DNA of 64,000 nucleotides from Opitutus sp. GAS368 (lineage in GTDB: Bacteria > Verrucomicrobiota > Verrucomicrobiia > Opitutales > Opitutaceae), in the NCBI GenBank assembly GCA_945861645.1, contig CAMAVZ010000006.1, positions 1 to 64,000 on the forward strand. The letters are read 5' to 3'. The notes beneath the pieces are model-generated. The model did no database searches and was not told the origin of the DNA. It saw nothing but the letters and a program-made list of their open reading frames with translations. The position numbers and the translations under genes were made by a program. Positions 56,973 to 64,000 of this stretch are shown piece by piece; position 1 is the first letter of the stretch, and each line of letters begins with the position of its first letter.

Positions 56973-57953
56973 ATGAAGAATTGCTGGTATAAAATCCTCC
57001 TGCTGCTTGCCTGTTCTACCGCCGCCATTTGGGCGGCTAATACCTACACCATCGCCGTTATCCCTAAGGGCACGACGCATGAATTTTGGAAATCCATCCA
57101 CGCCGGCGCGGAAAAGGCCAAGCTCGAGCTAGCCGCCCAAGGCATCACGGTAAATATTATCTGGAAAGGTCCGCTTAAGGAAGATGACCGCGAACAACAA
57201 ATCCAGGTGGTGGAAAACTTCATTGGCCGCCATGTCGATGGGATCGTCCTTGCCCCACTCGATAATAAAGCCCTCGTCGCTCCGGTCGAGACCGCCGCGC
57301 GAGGCAAAATCCCCGTAGTCATCATCGACTCCGCGCTCTTGACCAAAGCCATCACCAGCTATGTATCCACCGACAACCGCGAGGGCGGCCGGATCGCAGC
57401 GCGCAACCTCGGCCGCCTCCTCGAGGGCAAGGGCAAGGTGATCATGCTCCGCCTCCAGGTCGGCTCCGCCAGCACCGAGGAGCGCGAGGAAGGATTTCTT
57501 GAGGTTATGAAAAAGGATTTCCCGGCTATTAACCTGCTCTCGACTGATCAGCACGCCGGCGCCACCCGCGATACGGCCAAGAGCGCCGCCGAAAATCTCC
57601 TGAGCCGTTTTGGGCGCGAAGTTACCGGCGTTTATGGCTGCAATGAATCGACCACCGCGGGACTCCTCCTCGCCCTCCGCGACGCTGGCCTCGCCGGTAA
57701 AGTAAAATTTGTAGGCTTCGACTCCGGCGAAACGCTCAACGCCGGACTCAAGGCTGGCCACATCGACGGTCTCGTCGTCCAGAATCCTCTCAATATGGGT
57801 TATCTCGGGGTCAAAACTGTTGTTGCTGCCCTACGCGGGGAAAAAGTGCCGGCCCAGATCGACACCGGGGTGGGCTTTGTGACCCTCGCTAACTTCGATG
57901 ATCCCTCCATGGCGGACATCGTCCATCCGCCGCTCGATAAGTATCTGAAATGA
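56973..57953 (+). CDS. Sugar ABC transporter periplasmic binding protein (RbsB-like)
   Basis: IPKGTTHEFWKSI, TDNREGG, VGFDS, VQNP. Confidence 0.92.
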   Translation: MKNCWYKILLLLACSTAAIWAANTYTIAVIPKGTTHEFWKSIHAGAEKAKLELAAQGITVNIIWKGPLKEDDREQQIQVVENFIGRHVDGIVLAPLDNKALVAPVETAARGKIPVVIIDSALLTKAITSYVSTDNREGGRIAARNLGRLLEGKGKVIMLRLQVGSASTEEREEGFLEVMKKDFPAINLLSTDQHAGATRDTAKSAAENLLSRFGREVTGVYGCNESTTAGLLLALRDAGLAGKVKFVGFDSGETLNAGLKAGHIDGLVVQNPLNMGYLGVKTVVAALRGEKVPAQIDTGVGFVTLANFDDPSMADIVHPPLDKYLK

Positions 57954-59482
57954 CTCCTGCTGTCCGGCTGCGCCTTACCGGCCTCCAGAAAAGCTTCGGC
58001 GCCACGCGCGCTCTCCGCAGCGTTTCACTCGCGATTGCCCCCGGCGAAGTCCACGCCCTGATCGGGGAAAATGGGGCGGGCAAAAGCACCTTAATGAAAA
58101 TTCTCAGCGGCGCTCATGCCGCTGATGCCGGCACGATGGAGCTGAGCGGTCAGTCTTATCAGCCTGAAAACCCCCACGATGCCCGCCTCAAGGGCGTCGC
58201 GATGATCTATCAAGAGCTCAATCTCGCGCTCCACCTCACCGCGCAGGAAAATATTCTCCTCGGCGCCGAATCCACCCGCTGGGGCTGCGTCGATCAGGCA
58301 ACTTCCCGCGCCCGCGCTCAAACCGCCCTGGAGCAATTAGGTCATGGCGGCCTCGCGCTTGATCAGAAAGCGGGAGATTTTTCGATCGCGGAACAACAGA
58401 TTATCGAAATCGCCCGGGCGCTGCTGCTGCAACCGCAAGTCCTTATCATGGACGAACCGACGAGCAGCCTGACCCGAGCGGACACCGAAAAATTGTTCGC
58501 GACCATCAGCCGACTCCGCGCTCAAGGCGTCAGCATTATCTATATTAGTCATTTCCTCGAAGAGTGCAGCCGCATCGCGGATCGTTACACGGTTTTAAAA
58601 GATGGCGAGACCGTCGGCTCCGGCGCGATGAAAGACGCTAGCCTCGATCACCTCGTCACCTTAATGACCGGCCGCGAGGTCAAAGATCTTTATCCGCGCA
58701 CCCCGCATCAGCCGGGCGCCGTCGTACTCGCCGTGAAGACGGCCGTACTGGCACGCTTTGCCGGAAGAAATATCTCCCCAGGACACGGTGCATCCGCCCA
58801 ACCTACCTGTAGCTTGCAAGTGCGCGCCGGAGAAATTTTTGGTCTAGCCGGTCTCATCGGCGCCGGCCGCACTGATTTACTCCGAGCTATTTTTGGCCTC
58901 GAGGCGCTCACCCGCGGGGAGGTCTGTCTGATCGGGACGCCGGCCCATGCCGCCACGCCCCGCGACCGCTGGCAACAGGGCGTTGGGTTTTTGAGTGAAA
59001 ATCGTAAAGAGGAAGGCCTGATGCTCAATCAATCCATCGCGGATAACTTAACGTTAACCAAAATGAATACCTTCGGCCGCGGCGGCTGGGTTCAGCAAAA
59101 TCGACAACAACGCGCCGCTCAGCACTGGGTGGATGCTTTACACGTGAAATGCCGCGACTCGGGACAAACCATCAGCGAACTTTCCGGCGGCAATCAGCAA
59201 AAGGTCGCCCTCGCTCGCTTACTCGAACACCCCGCCCAAATCTTTCTGCTCGATGAGCCGACCCGGGGAATCGATGTGGGCAGCAAGGCGCAAATTTACC
59301 AACTCGTGAGCGAACTCGCGGCTGCCGGCAAAGCGGTGGTGATCGTTAGCTCCTACTTACCCGAGCTGCTCGGTCTCTGCGATACCATCGGGGTCATGTG
59401 CCGCGGCGAACTCACGGCCATCCGCCCCCGCGCCGACTGGAGTGAAACCGACATCATGCGCGCGGCCACTGGCAGCACGTAA
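57950..59482 (+). CDS. Sugar ABC transporter ATP-binding protein (RbsA-like)
   Basis: GENGAGKST, DEPTS, LSGGNQQK, DEPTRGIDVG. Confidence 0.95.
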   Translation: MTPAVRLRLTGLQKSFGATRALRSVSLAIAPGEVHALIGENGAGKSTLMKILSGAHAADAGTMELSGQSYQPENPHDARLKGVAMIYQELNLALHLTAQENILLGAESTRWGCVDQATSRARAQTALEQLGHGGLALDQKAGDFSIAEQQIIEIARALLLQPQVLIMDEPTSSLTRADTEKLFATISRLRAQGVSIIYISHFLEECSRIADRYTVLKDGETVGSGAMKDASLDHLVTLMTGREVKDLYPRTPHQPGAVVLAVKTAVLARFAGRNISPGHGASAQPTCSLQVRAGEIFGLAGLIGAGRTDLLRAIFGLEALTRGEVCLIGTPAHAATPRDRWQQGVGFLSENRKEEGLMLNQSIADNLTLTKMNTFGRGGWVQQNRQQRAAQHWVDALHVKCRDSGQTISELSGGNQQKVALARLLEHPAQIFLLDEPTRGIDVGSKAQIYQLVSELAAAGKAVVIVSSYLPELLGLCDTIGVMCRGELTAIRPRADWSETDIMRAATGST

Positions 59483-59532
59483 TCACTGCTGACTGAAGAT
59501 ACCGATCCCATTCCAGACCTTTTTTAACTGCC

Positions 59533-60495
59533 ATGCACGCCACCTTAAAAACTATCCTCGCCAAGAGCGGCCCCTTCATCGGGCTCATTCTGGTTATTGC
59601 TTTTTTTTCTCTCCCAACGGAAACCCGAGAATATTTTCTGACCTATAATAATTTTAAGATTATTTTTACCCAAACGGTGATTGTCGCCATTGGGGCGCTC
59701 GGCATGACGATGATTATCGTCAGCGGCGGCATCGACCTATCCGTCGGCTCAACGATTGCTCTCACCAGTGTCGTCGGTGCCTTGCTGATTCAACATGGCT
59801 GGGGCCCCGTCTCGGTCCTCTTGGCCGTCATCGCTTCGGGTGGGCTAATCGGTCTACTTAACGGGTCAGCTATTGCGGGTCTGCGCATGACCCCCTTTAT
59901 CATTACGCTCGGCACGCTCGGCGTAGCGCGCGGTTCGGCCAAGTGGTTAGCTGATAACCAAACGGTCAATTACGATAGCTCGCCGCTTAATAGTTGGATG
60001 ACCACCGCCAACCCGTTCAGCCATACTTTGCCCACAGGTGTCTGGGTCGCCCTCATCCTAGCACTCCTCACTTCTCTCCTGCTTCGGCACACCGTCTTTG
60101 GGCGGCATATTTTTGCCCTGGGCTCAAATGAAGCTACCGCTCGTTTGTGCGGCATTGCGACCAAGCGGCTTAAAATTTCGATTTATGTACTCGCAGGCTG
60201 CTTTTTTGGCCTAGCGGGACTATTTCAACTCTCCCGCTTGCGCCAAGGTGACCCGACGGTCGCCGTCGGCCTCGAGCTGGATATTATTGCTGCCGTGATC
60301 ATCGGCGGCGCGAGTCTCAGCGGTGGGGTTGGCACTATCTTAGGTTCTATGATCGGCGCTCTGATCATGGCCGTGCTTCGCAACGGCTCGCAACAGATGG
60401 GTTGGCCCACGTATTTTCAGGAAATTATTATCGGCTTGGTTATCATCGTCGCGGTGTTCCTCGATCGTTTGCGGCAAGGTCGCGCCGCGGCCTAA
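59533..60495 (+). CDS. Sugar ABC transporter permease (RbsC-like)
   Basis: GGIDLSVGS, FGRHIFALGSN, ELDIIAAVIIGGASL. Confidence 0.95.
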   Translation: MHATLKTILAKSGPFIGLILVIAFFSLPTETREYFLTYNNFKIIFTQTVIVAIGALGMTMIIVSGGIDLSVGSTIALTSVVGALLIQHGWGPVSVLLAVIASGGLIGLLNGSAIAGLRMTPFIITLGTLGVARGSAKWLADNQTVNYDSSPLNSWMTTANPFSHTLPTGVWVALILALLTSLLLRHTVFGRHIFALGSNEATARLCGIATKRLKISIYVLAGCFFGLAGLFQLSRLRQGDPTVAVGLELDIIAAVIIGGASLSGGVGTILGSMIGALIMAVLRNGSQQMGWPTYFQEIIIGLVIIVAVFLDRLRQGRAAA

Positions 60496-60552
60496 GCGAG
60501 TGACCCGCGCCGGACTCTTGCCCCGTTAAACTTCCGTCGCAATCTAAGCTAC

Positions 60553-61632
60553 ATGGACGAAACGCTTGATCCTCTCCGGGTGCGGACGCTGAAAAAACCC
60601 AGCTATCCGATTGGGGAGGAACTGCGTCATTATTTAAAAAAATTCCGCCGCGAGCGGGAATTGCCAGTTACGTACGAACGACTCCGCGACTTTCACGCCT
60701 CGGTGCCGCTGCTCGATACAGCCGGTCGTAACACCCTGTGGGAAACGGTGGCCTACCGCGCGGAAGATATGCCGGCGCTGAACGAGGGCTTGAAACTAAT
60801 TTATGCCCTGCTCCGCGTGAATGGCGACTTTTCGGTCATGGAGCATCTTTACATCGACCGCGTAGATTTTTGCAGCTTTGGCAACTCCACGCCGTTTCGC
60901 ATCCGGATCGTTAATGCTTACAACGACAATCAGGATTATTTTTATATTAAAAAGGCCGATGCTTCCCGCGTCTACGGGTTGGAGCTCGAACATCTCCTCT
61001 CCCCCAATCGGCTCAATTTTCTGACTCACCAATGCACGCTAGTGGAAGAGCACGTGGCGGGCATCCCAGCCGATACCTTTAGCGAGCGCTGGCTCGACCG
61101 CCCGGAATTAAAACCTATCCGCATTGCTAAAGAACTCGTGAAATTCAACGAGCGCTGCTTCATCCGCCTCTTAGGTGATATGCGCAGCTATAATTACGTC
61201 GTGGTGATCACGCCCGATTTCGAGGATTCGCAGATTCGTATCCGCGCGATGGATTTTGACCAACAAAGTTACAGTGGGAAAAAGAATTTTTACCTGCCGC
61301 AGTTTTTTAAAGAAAACGCAACCCTAGTTCGTTTCTGCGATAAACATATTCACCGCCAAACCGCCTTACAGTATCAGCGCGAAGAACAGTCGCTCATGTT
61401 ACATCGGGCCGAACTCGCCACGGGTCGGCTCAACCCGCTGCTCGCGGTGATGGCGCATGATCCCATCGCCCCGCTTGAACACATCCAAACCCTGCGGGCC
61501 GGACTCGCGGAGCATTTCCAGTCAGACAGCTATCTCCGCTGCGAATCCATGGGCGCCCTCGTCCAAGAAAATCTCGCTTCGCTCCGCCGCACCATCGGCT
61601 CAGGCGACGATCGCTCGCCCCGCTTTAAATAA
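60553..61632 (+). CDS. Conserved hypothetical protein with protein-kinase-like motifs
   Basis: FYIKK, GLELE, LGDMRSYN, AMDFD. Confidence 0.75.
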   Translation: MDETLDPLRVRTLKKPSYPIGEELRHYLKKFRRERELPVTYERLRDFHASVPLLDTAGRNTLWETVAYRAEDMPALNEGLKLIYALLRVNGDFSVMEHLYIDRVDFCSFGNSTPFRIRIVNAYNDNQDYFYIKKADASRVYGLELEHLLSPNRLNFLTHQCTLVEEHVAGIPADTFSERWLDRPELKPIRIAKELVKFNERCFIRLLGDMRSYNYVVVITPDFEDSQIRIRAMDFDQQSYSGKKNFYLPQFFKENATLVRFCDKHIHRQTALQYQREEQSLMLHRAELATGRLNPLLAVMAHDPIAPLEHIQTLRAGLAEHFQSDSYLRCESMGALVQENLASLRRTIGSGDDRSPRFK

Positions 61633-61670
61633 AGCCCTCGCTTAAAACGTGGCGGTTGTACCCTGCGGAA

Positions 61671-62081
61671 TTAAGGTCTTATCGTGGGCAGTACGCCCCC
61701 TGAAGGCCAAGCGGCAGCGGCTAGCCAAAGATTGAGCCCCAAGAAAATTAACGCGGGCAGCGTTGCCATCAACGAGTCGCGAATTCGCCAACGCACGAGC
61801 ACCGCAAAAAACATCATCCCGCTAAGTCCGGCCGCGGCCGCAAATAAAAGCACTGGATAGAAATAGCCCGCGCTAAGACCAAGGCTGGCGAGCAGTTGCA
61901 GCGCGCCGGTCACACGGCGCCAACGCGCCATGCCGTAACGCTCAAATTCTAAGACCATCCGACTCGATCGCCAGCAGCTGAGCCCGTACCAGCCGAAGGA
62001 GATAATAGAAATTCCTTGGGCGAGGTTAATTAAAAAATGCACTTTGCTTTTTAGGTCAGGCGGTTGCTCACTATGTCCCAT
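61671..62081 (-). CDS. DoxX-family membrane protein
   Basis: EFERYG...TGALQLL..LGL, RWRIRD. Confidence 0.75.
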   Translation of the reverse strand: MGHSEQPPDLKSKVHFLINLAQGISIISFGWYGLSCWRSSRMVLEFERYGMARWRRVTGALQLLASLGLSAGYFYPVLLFAAAAGLSGMMFFAVLVRWRIRDSLMATLPALIFLGLNLWLAAAAWPSGGVLPTIRP

Positions 62082-62087
62082 GGGTAA

Positions 62088-62097
62088 ATTCTAATCT
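62088..62097. promoter_or_regulatory. Overlapping divergent -10 elements (bidirectional leaderless promoter)
   Basis: TAGAAT (- strand, 6 nt before ATG 62081) overlaps TAATCT (+ strand, 7 nt before ATG 62105). Confidence 0.55.
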
Positions 62098-62104
62098 TCG
62101 CCAA

Positions 62105-62476
62105 ATGCAAACTATCACCTCTATTCTCCAAGTTGTCATCGCGCTCGGCTTATTTAACGTCTGGCTCTTGCGCTTCTCCCGGTCGACTCCGTACCGCGGT
62201 GGCGCCGCCGGGACGATGCCCGAAGAGTTTTTGGCGTACGGCCTCCCGAGGTGGTCCACCTATTTGGTCGGATTCTTAAAACTTGGCGCCGGCCTAGCCC
62301 TGATCATCGGACTATGGCATCCCCACTGGGTGCTGCCCGCCGCGCTCTTGATCGCCGGCCTCATGGTGGGAGCAATTTTTATGCATTTCAAAATCCGCGA
62401 TCCGCTTAAAAAGAATTTACCCGCCTTGGTGATGCTCATTCTAAGCGTCAGCCTGTCTTGGCTAACCGCGACTTGA
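62105..62476 (+). CDS. DoxX-family membrane protein
   Basis: NVWLLR...EEFLAYGLP..VGFLK, GAIFMHFKIRDP. Confidence 0.85.
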   Translation: MQTITSILQVVIALGLFNVWLLRFSRSTPYRGGAAGTMPEEFLAYGLPRWSTYLVGFLKLGAGLALIIGLWHPHWVLPAALLIAGLMVGAIFMHFKIRDPLKKNLPALVMLILSVSLSWLTAT

Positions 62477-62538
62477 TGCCCAACGCCGGCGGCAGCCGGC
62501 CAAGCGCCCCAAAGGCAGCATAGCCGACCGCCCACCTT

Positions 62539-63828
62539 TCACTGCGTGGCCGCAGCGAGGGCTTGGTCGAGGTCGGCGATGATATCGGCGATATTTTCCA
62601 GCCCGATACTCAGGCGCACGAGGTCGGCGGTTATCCCGCCGGCAATTTGGGCCGACTCGCTGAGCTGACTGTGCGTCGTGGTCGCGCTATGAATCGCGAG
62701 ACTGCGCGCATCACCGACATTAGCCACGTGCGAAAAAAGTTTGAGGTAATCGATAAATTTCTGGCCGGCTGACTTCCCGCCCTTGATGCCGAATACCACC
62801 ATGCCGCCCCCTTTCCCCGCGAGGTAACGCTGATTTTTGGCGTACTCGGGATCATTTTTTAATCCGGGATAGCGCACCCAGGTAACCCCAGCGTGTGACT
62901 GCAAATGCCGCGCAACCGCGAGTGAATTACTGCAATGACGCTCCATGCGCAGCGGCAAAGTCTCAATCCCCTGCAGGAAGAGCCACGCGTTATCGGGCGC
63001 TATACATGCCCCCAGATTACGCAGCGGCACCGTCCGCATCCGCAGAATATAAGCGAGCGGGGCTAAACCCGCGGGAAGATCGTGACCCCAGCGCAAACCA
63101 TGATAGGAGGCGTCCGGTTGATCAAAGAGCGGATGTTTACCTCCCGCCCAGTTAAATTTTCCGCTGTCCACCACCACGCCGCCGAGGCCCGTGCCGTGAC
63201 CGCCAAACCACTTAGTCAACGAATGCACCACGATATCAGCGCCATGCTCCAGCGGTCGTGTCAGATAGGGCGTGCTGAATGTGCTATCGACGATGAGCGG
63301 GAGGCCGTGCGCGTGGGCGATATCGGCCACCGCTTTTAAATCCGTCACTTCCAACGCCGGATTGCTGACCGTCTCGCAAAAGAGGGCGCGAGTTTTGCCA
63401 TCGATGGCTTTAGCATAATTGGCCGGATCGTTTGAATCCACAAACCGCACCGTAATACCTAAGGCGGGTAAAATATTAGCGAATTGCGTGTATGTGCCGC
63501 CGTAAAGATTGCGCGCCGATACAATATTATCTCCGGCCTGCGCCAAATTGATGATCGCGTAGAATACCGCGCTCGTTCCAGAAGCCAGCCCAAGACCCGC
63601 CATCGGATGAGCCCCCTCTAACAAGCAGACGCGCTTCTCGAGCACATCGGTCGTTGGGTTCATCAAACGCGTGTAAATATTCCCCAGCTCCTTTAACGCG
63701 AAAAGGTTGGCGGCGTGTTCGGTGTTTTTGAAAACAAACGCCGTGGTCCGATAAATCGGCACCGCACAAGCCCCCGTAGTCGGATCAGCGACTTGACCAC
63801 CATGCAGACAAAGGGTTTCGAATTTCAT
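62539..63828 (-). CDS. metY: O-acetylhomoserine aminocarboxypropyltransferase
   Basis: NIYTRLMNPT, HSLTKWFGGHG (PLP Lys), ANVGDARSL. Confidence 0.92.
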   Translation of the reverse strand: MKFETLCLHGGQVADPTTGACAVPIYRTTAFVFKNTEHAANLFALKELGNIYTRLMNPTTDVLEKRVCLLEGAHPMAGLGLASGTSAVFYAIINLAQAGDNIVSARNLYGGTYTQFANILPALGITVRFVDSNDPANYAKAIDGKTRALFCETVSNPALEVTDLKAVADIAHAHGLPLIVDSTFSTPYLTRPLEHGADIVVHSLTKWFGGHGTGLGGVVVDSGKFNWAGGKHPLFDQPDASYHGLRWGHDLPAGLAPLAYILRMRTVPLRNLGACIAPDNAWLFLQGIETLPLRMERHCSNSLAVARHLQSHAGVTWVRYPGLKNDPEYAKNQRYLAGKGGGMVVFGIKGGKSAGQKFIDYLKLFSHVANVGDARSLAIHSATTTHSQLSESAQIAGGITADLVRLSIGLENIADIIADLDQALAAATQ

Positions 63829-64000
63829 GAGGAGCGCGGAGTTGGATTTTTTGCCGAAAAAGATCGATAAAGTAGTCTCAGAGCCCGGCGGGCAAAACTC
63901 TCTAGCGATTCTTACTATATATCTTTACTCATGATAACATTAAATCAAATCAATAATATTTTGTCCTTGATAATGCCAATAGGTAATATGCAAAATGCTT

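Noticed and set aside
63829-64000. SAM riboswitch upstream of metY
   Set aside because: AT-rich, with no recognisable SAM-I/II core or expression platform in the visible part.

Overview
A 64 kb bacterial chromosome segment, most likely from an Opitutaceae (Verrucomicrobiota) genome. That assignment is inferred from gene content (Tat-exported Gfo/Idh/MocA with a DUF6807-like partner, ECF sigma/FecR/TonB-receptor triplet, DUF5069) and from start regions lacking Shine-Dalgarno sites. Most of the window is housekeeping and metabolic genes: deoC with ALDHs, a UfaM/UfaD/UfaO-like lipid-modification operon, aroE, pilD, ygfZ, DAHP synthase, mdh, malQ, upp, a sugar ABC transporter and metY. The main accessory element is a ~12.4 kb island integrated in the 3' end of tmRNA (ssrA 28675-29030) and bounded by a perfect 56-bp direct repeat (29008-29063 / 41443-41498). 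It has no recognisable integrase. A ~200-bp promoter-plus-MFS-start cassette is duplicated as an inverted repeat near both island ends, and both copies point inward. Four copies of a GATAACCCG-N14-GCGTCT ECF-type promoter motif occur in the island, which also encodes its own ECF sigma factor, FecR, TonB receptor and PhoD. It further contains internally collapsed genes and a DASS transporter flanked by diverged repeats. Signals absent from the ORF track include an IS5-family end at the left edge, a candidate GGGGUA-displaying sRNA, a 12-codon MAKKKPAKKKKK micro-ORF followed by a terminator, and a 23-bp bidirectional leaderless promoter between two DoxX genes. All family assignments come from motif recognition by eye; no database searches were run.
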